Shown here: positions 21,620 through 32,515 of the stretch, piece by piece
Layout of the letters: each line of letters starts with the position of its first letter
Numbering within the stretch: the stretch's first letter is position 1
Origin: Octopus sinensis
Lineage: Eukaryota
Direction: 5' to 3'
Assembly (NCBI RefSeq): GCF_006345805.1
Contig: NW_021832823.1
Coordinates: forward strand, 1 to 32,515
DNA length: 32,515 nt
Notes under the pieces: generated by a model
The model's input: the letters and a program-made list of their open reading frames with translations, nothing else
What the model was told of the DNA's origin: nothing
The model's database searches: none
Made by a program: the position numbers and the translations under genes

Positions 21620-23540
21620 GTTTTTCACTTGTAGTCTATTAATTTAGCATTCAACAAGACAAGAAGACATCCACACCTTAACAGAATGGCACACTTTCCT
21701 ATCAATATTTCGGGAAAAGGGCTCCTCATCACATATTTTCTAACCTTCTGTCTATTCAGCAGCTATTGCTCCTCCTGAAATTTGGTGAGTTCAAATGTGT
21801 GATGAGGCGTACATTATTGTAAGTTATTGTAAGAGTGATGAGGCATTCTACACCTATTGTGCTTTTCCCTAATACTCTGTATTTCGAATGTCTCTTTGAA
21901 TTCATTTGGCTTTATTTCTACCGCATCAATAAATAGCTCATCCTCATCCTTTGCTTTCATTGTTTCCATGGAAAAATATTGGTGCTCAATGCAACCACGA
22001 AAAAAACATTCCTTGTGAAAGAGGACCTTCCTTGCACGCTCTTTTTTGCTTTCATTTAAGGTAGAGCGTTATTTCGTTTGTATTTCTATTGACTTCGACA
22101 GTCTTTCATCCTTAGCAACTCTTCAAACTCTTGTCAGGAGATGACAAATAGTATTACTAGTTGTAACTTAGATCATGTATTAATTTTTCCTATTCATGTC
22201 AGGAAAAAGTATACTGAAGTACCTGCATAGTATATAGTATACAGGGGTGAGGGCGAAGCAAAGTGACCCACGGAAGTAGTACAAGACACATCCATCCATA
22301 AGCACATATCACATGAATTGAACCAGTGCAATACTTGAATGATAAACAAAAGACTTAACAGATCTCTGGCTTACTCTTGCCTTTGTAGAGCAACTTGTAC
22401 AAGTTGTGAGTGCAGATGTCACGAGACGCTCTAGAGAACAAAGCAAGTTTCTTAACCAACCTCAAAGTTGTTGTGTGACTGGTAGTTTTATAAGACAGCA
22501 CCCTTCTCTTTTTTTGTCTACCTTCTTTGTTTTTCTCAAAGAAGATGCCATCGGGTGATTCTTACTTTCATAGGTGTATTGGCTAGGTTTTCTACAATGT
22601 GCTAGTTATCTAAGTGTTTTTGTTTTGCGTACCTAACGGAGCATAACTTCGTAAGGGTTATGTGATATTCGGTAGTACTCAGGACTTCTAATCTATGCTG
22701 ATCCCTTCATTTATCGTGACATCTGCACTCACCACCACACACGCTTATTACACTAAAAAGACAAGAACAAGCCTGGAGTCGATTTTACTGCAAAATTTTC
22801 TAATTATCATTCTAGGACTTCGCTGGTCCAATTAATGTGAACATACGTGTGTGGCACTATTTCTGTTGGTCATTTTGTCTCACCCTCGTTCCTGCATACT
22901 AAACGACCACTTCCATATAATTATTTGTGGTATAAGCAAAAAACAAAAAAAAAAAAAACGAAAAAAAAAACGAAGAGACAGCATACAGCTTCACACATAG
23001 TCTGGAGTCTTCTTTATTTTCTCCTGTGTATGAAAACTGAAAGTCCCTTTCTGCTTTTTAATTTTTTTCGTGAAGCAGAGATATATCACTATTTCCCTTT
23101 GCCTGTTTTTGGACAAATTCAAATGAAGAGATGCACATATTTGTAACAAAGCGCTGTCACATTTATTTTTTTGGTTTGACCTTGTCTATGTCATGAAACA
23201 TTTTTGCAGTACGAACATCGGCAAATCTGCTTCCAAAACTACTAGAATTTACGCTTGACGGAATTTGTGTTGTGTGTGAGTGTTGTTATTGTTTCGTTGT
23301 TTGTCTTTTCACTGCGAATGTTTAAATCAATATTGCCACCGTTTTCTATTACAAAGTAATTTTTTTCTCCACATGTGTCTATTTGTTCGGTATTGTTAGT
23401 TTTCTTAATTTTTTTTTCTCATTTTCTTTTTCGTTTATCTTTGCTAATAATTTGTTTACCACAAATATTTGACAGAATGTCATATTTCTTTATGTTGGTA
23501 CTGCCATCATTAGCCCAAAACAGGAAGCCGTTTTGAAATA
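21620..23540 (-). pseudogene. Decayed coding-like remnant of unassigned origin, possibly transposon-derived
   Basis: Long, mostly open, E/K-rich minus-strand frames broken by a few stops or frameshifts, e.g. ARKVLFHKECFFRGCIEHQYFSMETMKAKDEDELFIDAVEIKPNEFKETFEIQSIREK and GFLFWANDGSTNIKKYDILSNICGKQ. No family motif recognised. Confidence 0.35.
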
Positions 23541-23547
23541 TGTTTTT

Positions 23548-23912
23548 GTAAGAAAGTTAAGATTGCTTCCCAACCACATGATTTCAAGTTCAGATCAACC
23601 GCGTGGCATCTTGGTCAAAGGTCTTCTACTATAGCCTACGGCCGAGCAAAACCTTGTGAATAGATTTGTTAGACAGAAACTGTAAGAAGTGCGTCGTCTC
23701 TCTCCCTCTCTATATGAATATATCGGTGTGTGTTTGTCCCCTACCAGTGCCCGATAACCGGTGTTGGTTTGTTTTGCTTTCGGCAAAAGAGACCGATAGA
23801 ATATGTCTGAGTTTAATGAATTGGGCACTGGAGTCGAGTCGTTCGACTAAGGACCTTCAAGGCGGTGCTACAATATGGCTGCAGTCTAATGACTGAAACA
23901 AGTGAAAGATTA
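23548..23912 (+). mobile_element. SINE family A, old diverged copy
   Basis: ttgcttcccaaccacatg..., gtcttctactatagcc, cggcaaaagagaccgatagaata, and the ggctgcagtctaatgactgaaacaag tail. Confidence 0.85.
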
Positions 23913-24212
23913 AAGGCAAATTTAAGAAAAATTGTTCAAAAATACTTTTTTCTTAAACAGTGAAAAAATTGTAAAGTAACTGCTTTTAAAAATAATTGAA
24001 AACACATTCCTTCTTAATTTTAAAACACCTTCATTCTATAAGCCCATGCTACACGACTCAGGAAAAGAATGCTCCAGTTGTTGGTGTATATAATATAGGT
24101 GCAACACAGGAATGGTGTATAACATGTCTTGAAAGGACAAGGGAACAACAACAACTGCAACAACGAAAATAACAGCAGAAACAGCATCAACAATCATACT
24201 ATCATTATAATA

Positions 24213-24358
24213 GTTTTCAAATTTTGGCACAAGGCCAGCAATTTCGGTGTGGGTGGGTAAGTCGATTACATCGACCCCACTACTCGGCTGGTACTTATTT
24301 CATCAACTCCGAAAGGATGAAAGGCAAAGTTGACCTCTGCGGAATTTGAATTCACAAC
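24213..24358 (-). mobile_element. SINE family B, 5'-truncated
   Basis: aaattttggcacaaggccagcaatttc, gtcgattacatcgacccc, ggatgaaaggcaaagttgacc, ggaatttgaa. Confidence 0.85.
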
Positions 24359-24580
24359 TTAGGTTCTGGCACTGAGATCGAAAAGTCTTTAAATCAAGAC
24401 CAACCTCCTCAAGAACTTGTAGCAAATCAAACCAGGGATATTCCCGAAACTGTCGCCCGGGATCAACTACCAAACCTGTCTCAAAGAAATAGAAATACAA
24501 GACAGAATTGGACTAAGGAGGAATATATCGAAGTTATGCGTGCTTATTATTATTCAACACTAAACCCAGAAACACCAATG
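24359..24580 (+). mobile_element. R4/Dong-like non-LTR retrotransposon, N-terminal ORF fragment
   Basis: Open frame ...SQRNRNTRQNWTKEEYIEVMRAYYYSTLNPETP. RxxWTxEE...M.AYY..L.P resembles the Myb-like N-terminal motif I recall from R4/Dong-clade ORFs. It ends in (AAT)n, the Dong-type target. Confidence 0.55.
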
Positions 24581-24604
24581 ATAATAATAATAATAATAAT
24601 GATG

Positions 24605-24658
<54 letters not shown>

Positions 24659-24710
24659 TAATAATAATTTTAATAATATGATGATGATGATGATGATGAT
24701 GATAATGATG
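24580..24710. repeat. (AAT)n/(GAT)n microsatellite
   Basis: Direct inspection. Confidence 0.92.
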
Positions 24711-24913
24711 GTTTCAAATGTAGGCATAGGTCCAGCAATTTTGAGGTGACTGGTAAGTCGCTTTCATCGACGTCGGTATTCAAATGGTACTTATTTCATT
24801 GATCCGAAGGGATGAAGGCCAAGGTCGACCTTGTCGGAATTTGAACTCAAAACGTGATGACAGACGAAATAGCGCTAAACATGTGTCCGGTGTGCTAATG
24901 ATTCGGCCAACTC
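24711..24913 (-). mobile_element. SINE family B, diverged
   Basis: ggtacttatttcattgatccgaagggatgaagg, ggaatttgaactc, gacagacgaaatag, gtgctaatgattcggcca. Confidence 0.82.
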
Positions 24914-24924
24914 TGATAAGGTTG

Positions 24925-25500
24925 TTGTTTGGACCTTTTCCCTGATAGACGCCATTTATAACTTTCTTCCAGTCATGCCGGCGCTTTACTCCAAATAAGT
25001 TCTTCCCGTTGTTTCATTCCAAGGTTTAAGAGTTTCCTTGCGTTTAATGAGTTCTGAAAATCTAAGCATTAAGCCTGTATGATATACTGCTGAACGGTTT
25101 ACGAAAACCACCTGTTTTACAGTTTGTGCTCATATCCTGACACAATGTAAGATGTGGACACGGGGATCCAGTCAAAAGCATTTTAATATTAATCTAAAAT
25201 GGGCGCATCAACAAGTAATTATTCAACAAATGGTTGAATTATTACTGACAGGTGTGTTACCATGATTTGCTTCAACAATTTGAATAGGCATTTTGGTAGT
25301 CTGCTGGGTTTCCTGGTTTTTATATCGCTTTCCAGTTTATGGCTATTTTGCCAAGGTGTGTTATCACTTTCAGATAGATCTCGTCGTCTCCTGCAGCTTT
25401 GCTTGTTTTCAGGTTATTTATTATTGTTTCTGCTTCTTGTTTTGTTATTGATGTCGCTGTATAGTCTTCTTTAACATTTCTGGATAGGCCTTATACAAAA
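24925..25500 (-). mobile_element. I-group (Ingi/Vingi-like) LINE RT fragment with internal deletions
   Basis: Minus-strand translation: ITKQEAETIINNLKTSKAAGDDEIYLKVITHLGKIAINW...KPGNPADY ... LD*Y*NAFDWI ... DWKKVINGVYQG. These are the RT motifs KAxGxD, KPGK, D...AFD and NGxPQG in the correct order. Confidence 0.7.
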
Positions 25501-26720
25501 ACCAATATTCTAACCTCGCAGATCTTTAAAATTCCTACACGCAATCACTTTAGTCATGACTTCCAGAGAGAGAGAGAAAAAAACTACTGCTCTTTCTTGT
25601 CAAAGCCAGGCGGTTAAACCTTTTCATTATAGGCGCGGCCAATAATTTGGGGCATGGATTCTAGATTCCTTAATCTATTTGAAATGTTGTCCGCACTGAT
25701 GGGAATATCTAAGCCGTTGGATTGTGCCTTATCTAGTATTGTTTTTTAAGCATTTGTCCAGCTTGCTTATTGTATCAGTTGAAGTTCGCACTCTCTGTCC
25801 GTACCTCATCTATTAATACAATGTTTGGGCTTTGTGTGTTTTCATAATTCTCTGAAGTTTTTCACTGCTTGCTAACCCTTGGGCTGCCGTACTCTATGTC
25901 TCCTTGAGATATGCTTCTTTTTCAGAAGAATTTTGGTAAATCACCCGCTTTTGTCGTACGCTGCTAGTATTCATTTTAGCCGAGGCCAACATGCACCCAC
26001 TTTTGTCATAACTATCAGAGAGAGAATAAAAAACTACTGCTCTTTCTGCTGGAATGTAGGCACTTGGGTATTTTCATTATAGACCCAGCCTGTCTTTGGC
26101 ACGACAGCAGCTGATCGGCAAAATTTCCCAAGGCAGCAATGCTCGGTCATTGAATGTGTCGCGGACATTCCAGGCGAGAGCACTTCCTTACCTGTAGAGT
26201 TTATCTCGAACTGATAATGTTCTCACCGGTAGGAATATCAAGTCAGAGATTCCGAGAAATCATGTGTAGTTCCCCGATAGAAACTCTTCCGGAATATACC
26301 AACCAACTGATTTTCGTCAATCTCAGACTTTCCATGAAACGTCATCGATCTTACCCCACCATTAATGATTTTTTATAGACTGGTAACGTGGAAGTTGAAT
26401 CGACTGCTTTACCCGACTTATAAAGGACTGGAAACGCTGAACAACATTCTAGATGCCACGCATTCGGTCTTCTCTTCGTATGATCCAGAACTGCTTCTCC
26501 GCCAAATTGCAGGAAAGCAATTTACCTGACAAAGGCACGTTTTCTCGCACCTGTTCATAGTCAAGAAATCTCTGTAGATGCTGCAGCTTCAGCGCATGTC
26601 TATGCCTCTCTTTTCAGTGACAATAATGTCTAGTCAATAGATCTGTCTCCTGTGTGTTTACTCAAAGACAGTTATATCTAAGAATAATACCAAGCTGGAA
26701 GCCTGATATATATTTCCAAG
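25500..26720 (-). mobile_element. L1/Tx1-clade ORF2 C-terminal remnant, with a second diverged copy of one segment
   Basis: ...PVRTLSVRDKLYR*GSAL..ECPR resembles the zf-RVT region (L.VRD.L.R.G...CP.C) of L1/Tx1 elements. A diverged repeat spans 25546-25632 and 25998-26082. Confidence 0.55.
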
Positions 26721-26948
26721 TTCTTCTTTCACACCACATATAACTCTCACAATACCATATCTATACAACTAGATGACGTAATAGATAGATAACTATTCAT
26801 GAATGTGCGCGCGCGTGTGTGTGTGTGTATGTGTATACGTGTACAACTGCCTGTGAGTGTAGATGTATGTTTGGTTATGTAGTTGCGTCAGCATTCATCC
26901 CCCTCCTTCTCTAGAATTCTCTCCATCTACGAACATACCTACCGTTTC

Positions 26949-26949
<1 letters not shown>

Positions 26950-27023
<74 letters not shown>

Positions 27024-27091
27024 GTCTGTCTGTATGTCTGTCTGTCTGCCTGTCTGTCTGTCTGTCTGCCTGCCTGTATGTCTGTCTGACC

Positions 27092-27123
<32 letters not shown>

Positions 27124-27199
27124 TGTCTGTCTGTCTGACCGTCTGCCGGGTTACCTACTTGCGTATCTATCTATCACTCTACCTGCCTGTCTACCTGCA

Positions 27200-27267
<68 letters not shown>

Positions 27268-27294
27268 CATCTATCTATCTATCTATCTATCCAT

Positions 27295-27369
<75 letters not shown>

Positions 27370-27406
27370 CCTACCTACCTACCTATCTACCTACCTACCT
27401 ACCTTC

Positions 27407-27481
<75 letters not shown>

Positions 27482-27485
27482 CCAA
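26950..27485. repeat. (TCTA)n/(TCTG)n/(CCTA)n tetranucleotide field
   Basis: Direct inspection. Confidence 0.93.
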
Positions 27486-27855
27486 TTTGTCTCTTTATTT
27501 CACTCTATATATATGTATATACACCCATGTATGTCTCTATATATATGATTCCTGTATAATATTTTTGGTCTGAATGTATGTATCTGCGTCTCTGTGTATG
27601 TATATGTAGTAGTCAATGGTTAGTGTGAGGAACAATCGCTGATTATGTGTGGACATAGAATAATCTCGCACCAATGTTGATACAATAGCATTAAAAGAAT
27701 CTTTGAAATAGATAAATGGAAACTGACGCATTGGGAATTTTTTTTATAATTCCCGATAAAAATATCTCAAACCACAATTTCTTTTTTTTCTTCAAAATAG
27801 TTTTCTTTCTGATTCAAAACAACATCTTCTACTTTCTTTTCTTTTCTTTCCTCCA

Positions 27856-27859
<4 letters not shown>

Positions 27860-27892
<33 letters not shown>

Positions 27893-29000
27893 ATATATAT
27901 ATATATATATATACATGTGTGTGTGTGTATACGCATACATTTATACATACATATGTATATACATCTCTCTCTCACTCTCTCCTCTCTCTCTCTCTCTTTC
28001 TATATATATATATATATATTGTATATCTATATATATCTATATAATCTATCTATCTATCTATCTATCTATGTATGTGTGTATGTGTGTATACATCTGTGTG
28101 CGTGTGTATGTATATATATATATATATATATCATGTATATGACCATACATTTATACATATACAATGTGTGTGTTTGTGTGTGTATTTATATATATATATA
28201 TATATATATATGTGCACATATGCTCGATTATCTTCATGAATAAAAAAAAAAGTAACATTAATCGAATAAAGAACTTAATACGTAAAATTGATTTAAATAT
28301 TTATCTTTTACAAGGTGACACTAACTTGGAAGTTTCACCAATTCCAAAAACTGTTGTTGGCGAAAGTTCTGAGTAACTTTCATCTTGTTGGTGGTTTGTG
28401 TACGCGTTTGAAAGTGTATGTATGTGCGTGTGTATGTGTGTGTGTGTGTGTGGTGTGTGTGTGTGTGTGTGTGTGCGTGCGTGCGTGCATCATTGCGTAT
28501 GCGTATTTTTCAGGTTAAACATAACGTAGAAGTTACAAATATACGTAATCATGTATTTACGCACATACGCCAACAGGTAGTTACGTATAACTGTGCATGC
28601 AGATACGACACCACACACACACATACACACGCATATACAAGAAAAAGATACATGAATGTGGTATATACGTATAGACACATTGATGATTCTCTACATCGCC
28701 ATGTCTGTGTATTTGTATATGCGTGCCTGAGTATGTTGGAGTTCGATTGCACAATATCATGTCTTTAGACACACACACACACACACACGGACACACACAC
28801 ACACACATACACACGCACGCACACACACACATTCATTCACACTAAAATTGGTATATACGTCTGTATATCTATAATTTTACATATGTAAATATAACTGTAT
28901 TATATTATGCAAACACACATGTTGAAGATAAGTCAGTAAAACGCATAAGTAAAGCAGACGACACATACGAATGAACACAAACAGGCGTAACTGTATCTAT

Positions 29001-29039
<39 letters not shown>

Positions 29040-29085
29040 ACACACACACACACTCTCACACACACATACACACACACACACATTT
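27860..29085. repeat. Interspersed (TA)n, (TG)n and (CA)n tracts separated by short unique sequence
   Basis: Direct inspection. Confidence 0.8.
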
Positions 29086-29550
29086 TTCATTGATTAGAGA
29101 AAGATTGCAAAGAAATTTTTCAATGAAATAACGAAAATAATGGATTTAAGATTTAAGATTTTAGATCTTAGAACAATATTTATTAAACTTCTTTTTGAAA
29201 GACAAAGAATTCGTTGTAATTTCATCAAAAATAATTTTGTAGAAGAAAACAGAAAATACAACATAGAGACAACAACATATTAAGAATATAAAATACAAGC
29301 TAAAAATACACCAATTGATCAACAAACTGTATCCCCTTGTGTATAATGATGCATGAGACAGTAGCGTGTGAGGAAAGAATCATTGGTCTTTAAGATCTGG
29401 ATTGGTTCGGTGACATTAAAGAAATTGTGGAGTTCCTGGACGAAATGCATTCGAGCAGATAGTAACGCCGCTTTACATTCTCGTTTCAAATTTATTAGGG
29501 TTTGATCCGTTCTTTAGTCCAAGTAGAGCTCAAGTGATTTAATTTATATA

Positions 29551-30057
29551 TTCTTTTATTCTTTTATTCTTTTATTTGTTTCAGTAAGTTGAGTACGGCC
29601 ATGCTGGAACACCGCCTTTAGTCGAGACAGTCGACCCCAGAACTTATTCTTTGTAAGCCTAGTGCTTATTTTATCGGTCTCTCTTGCCGAACCGCCAAGT
29701 TACGGGGACGTACACACACCAGCATCGGTTGTCAAGCGATGTTGGGTGGGGGGACAAACACAAGCACAGGCACAGACAGACAGACAGACACACACACAGA
29801 AACAAACACACACAAACACACACACGCACACACACAGACACACACAACCACACACGCACGTACACACAAACACACACATATATATATGTATATATATACG
29901 ACGGGCTTCTTTCAGTTTCCGTCAACCAAATCCACTCACAAGGCTTTGGTCGGTCCGAGGCTATAGTAGAAGACACTTGCCCAAAGTGCCACGCAGTGGA
30001 ACTGAACCCGGAACCATGTGGTTGGTAAGCAAGCTACTTACCACACAGCCACTTCTA
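29551..30057 (-). mobile_element. SINE family A, full length, with an expanded (CA)n/(GACA)n linker
   Basis: Reverse complement of the complete family A structure; the tail is (AATAAAAG)n. Confidence 0.93.
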
Positions 30058-30061
30058 ACGA

Positions 30062-30288
30062 CATCAATGATAACGATGATGATGATGTAGGCGATGATGA
30101 TGATGTAGGCGATGATGATGACGATGATGATGATGATGATGATGACTGCAACTACGACGATGACGATGTTAATAAGGATTGTGATAGTCATGTCAATGAT
30201 AATAACAATGGTAGTCATCATTGTAATGACGGTACTGCCAAAGCCAACGGCGATTTTTGCTGACAACGATGATGAGAACGAAAATGAA

Positions 30289-30321
<33 letters not shown>

Positions 30322-30530
30322 CATGATGATGAAGATAAATGAGACGACAATGATGATGATGATGATAACAATAACGACGGGTTTTAATATTATCATCCTC
30401 CTTCCTCGTTATCATTATTATTATTATTATTAGTTGTGATACTCTTGTGGAAAAAAAAAAAATGATACTATTACTTTTGTTGCTGATCTTCTTCTTCTTC
30501 TTCTTCTTCTTCTTCTTCTTCTTCATCATT

Positions 30531-30562
<32 letters not shown>

Positions 30563-30640
30563 TATTATTATTATTGTTATTATTATTATTATTATTCTTA
30601 GTAGTAGTAGTAGTAGTTAGTAGTAGTAGTAGTAGTAGTA
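30062..30640. repeat. Trinucleotide mosaic (GAT, ATT, TTC, CAT, GTA)
   Basis: Direct inspection. Confidence 0.88.
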
Positions 30641-30935
30641 TTTTGGATTCAACAATAGAAATATTGATCATCGGTGTTAAATTGATTCCGATTCAGAAGA
30701 AAACAAGACGAACAATAACAACAAAGACACCGACGAAAGCATCTTTATCATCAACAATAAATACTACTACAAGACAACAACAGCAATCACAGCAATAATG
30801 CTAGCAAAAACGTGCAAGTATTATAAACACAATAGAGCGATAACGCGAACGATATATCAACAGCGAGTTGAGCAAAAATCAAACGAAATCAATATAGTTT
30901 TTTTGATTGCTATAATATATATTTATCGATAAAAC

Positions 30936-31700
30936 GGCGAGCTGGCTAGAAACGTTAGCACGCCGGGCGAAATGCTTAGCGGTATTTCGTCTGCCGCTAC
31001 GTTGTGAGTTCAAATTCCGTCGAGGTCGACTTTGCCTTTCATCCTTTCGGGGTCGATAAATTAAGTATCAGTTACGCACTGGGGTCGATGTAATCGACTT
31101 AATACCTATGTCTGTCCTTGTTTGTCCCCTCTATGTGTTTAGCCCCTTGTGGGTAATAAAGAAATAGGTATTTCGTCTGCCGCTACGTTGTGAGTTCAAA
31201 TTCCGTCGAGGTCGACTTTGCCTTTCATCCTTTCGGGGTCGATAAATTAAGTACCAGTTACGCACTGGGGGTCGATGTAATCGACTTAATACCTATGTCT
31301 GTCCTTGTTTGTCCCCTCTATGTGTTTAGCCCCTTGTGGGTAATAAAGAAATAGGTATTTCGTCTGTCGCTACGTTGTGAGTTCAAATTCCGTCGAGGTC
31401 GACTTTGCCTTTCATCCTTTCGGGGACGATTAAATAAGTACCAGTTACGCACGTCCTTGTTTGTCCTCTCTGTGTTTAGCCCCTTGTGGGTAGTAAAGAA
31501 ATAGGTGTTTCGTCTGCCGTTACGTTCTGAGTTCAAATTCCGCCGAGGTCGACATTGTCTTTCATCCTTTCGGGGTCGATTAAATAAGTACCAGTTACGC
31601 ACTGGGGTCGATATAATCGACTTAATCCGTTTGTCTGTCCTTGTTTGTCCTCTCTGTGTTTAGCCCCTTGTGGGTAGTAAAGAAATAGGTATTTCGTCTG
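30936..31700 (+). mobile_element. SINE family B concatemer: head, four bodies and a 13 bp terminal repeat
   Basis: Units start at ggt(a/g)tttcgtctg at 30981, 31167, 31354 and 31504 (186, 187, 150 and 184 bp). A final ggtatttcgtctg lies at 31688-31700. Confidence 0.95.
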
Positions 31701-31829
31701 ATTAGAAAAGCGTATTCTGCACCAAAGAAGAATGATAAACAACTTCCCATCAAATTGTGTATTATTGATAACAGTAATTGCTGTGAATCAATAGCCAAGA
31801 CATCAATTATAAAATGTCACTCATAATAC

Positions 31830-31908
31830 ATACATACATGCATACATTCTTCGAATATATGTGTATATGCATATACATATATGTGTGTTTGTGTATATAT
31901 ATATATAG

Positions 31909-31948
<40 letters not shown>

Positions 31949-32161
31949 TATAGTATATAAATATATTCTATATATATACATACATAAATATAACAATATA
32001 CTAGCTCATATAAAAGTACCATTAATTGTACACACACACACACACACACACTATATGTATATTTATTCACACTCACACACATTCACACACATATATATAT
32101 ATACTAATCTATATCTAATATACTGTCTATGTCTAATCTCACTCTCTCTGTCTATCTACCA

Positions 32162-32226
<65 letters not shown>

Positions 32227-32474
32227 GCTAGCTAGCTAGCTAGCTATCTATATATATACATATATACAAACATGCATATTCCACACACACACACACACAT
32301 GTATATACATATATATTTATGTGTTTGTATGTGTCTATGATAAACTGAAATATATATATATATACACACATAGATACACAAACATATACACACACATCTG
32401 GATATACATACACCCACCCACCTACAAACACCCACCACATATATGTACATATATGTTAAAATATCTTTGTGTGC

Positions 32475-32515
<41 letters not shown>
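31830..32515. repeat. (TA)n/(CA)n/(TCTA)n/(GCTA)n mosaic
   Basis: Direct inspection. Confidence 0.88.

Noticed and set aside
22938-22972. A-rich tract as the poly(A) tail of a retrocopy
   Set aside because: It is on the opposite strand to the coding-like remnant, and no TSD or canonical AATAAA is nearby, so it cannot be supported.
24040-24170. Short frame containing GVYNIG (epimerase-like)
   Set aside because: Too short and runs into a CAA repeat; chance similarity.
30981-31700. Regularly spaced repeats as a CRISPR array
   Set aside because: The whole 150-187 bp unit repeats, there are no unique spacers or cas genes, and the context is eukaryotic SINE sequence.

Overview
Eukaryotic, AT-rich, repeat-saturated DNA, most likely intronic or intergenic. 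It is very probably from an octopus: two high-copy tRNA-derived SINE families and the (TA)n/(CA)n/(GATA)n/(ATC)n microsatellite load match what I recall of Octopus genomes. This assignment is by recognition, not by a search. No host protein-coding gene can be called confidently, and almost all long ORFs in the supplied track are translations of simple repeats. There are no prokaryotic features or CRISPR. Supported content: about 10 copies of a composite SINE (family A: tRNA-like head, CORE/V-like segment, internal microsatellite, 3' module with stem-loop tail); about 10 loci of a Deu/Nin-domain SINE (family B), two of them head-to-tail concatemers; decayed LINE fragments (RTE, Ingi/Vingi-like, L1/Tx1, R4/Dong-like); hAT and Tc1/mariner ends; and an unassigned coding-like remnant. 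The most interesting signals are: (1) a minimal type I hammerhead ribozyme fold of the Penelope-like-element kind with a long stem II, at 20785-20910; (2) SINE B concatemers whose junctions all fall at the loop/3' arm boundary of a head hairpin; (3) a double fold-back SINE built on (TA)n palindromes; (4) an RTE fragment with a twin-priming-like 5' inversion.
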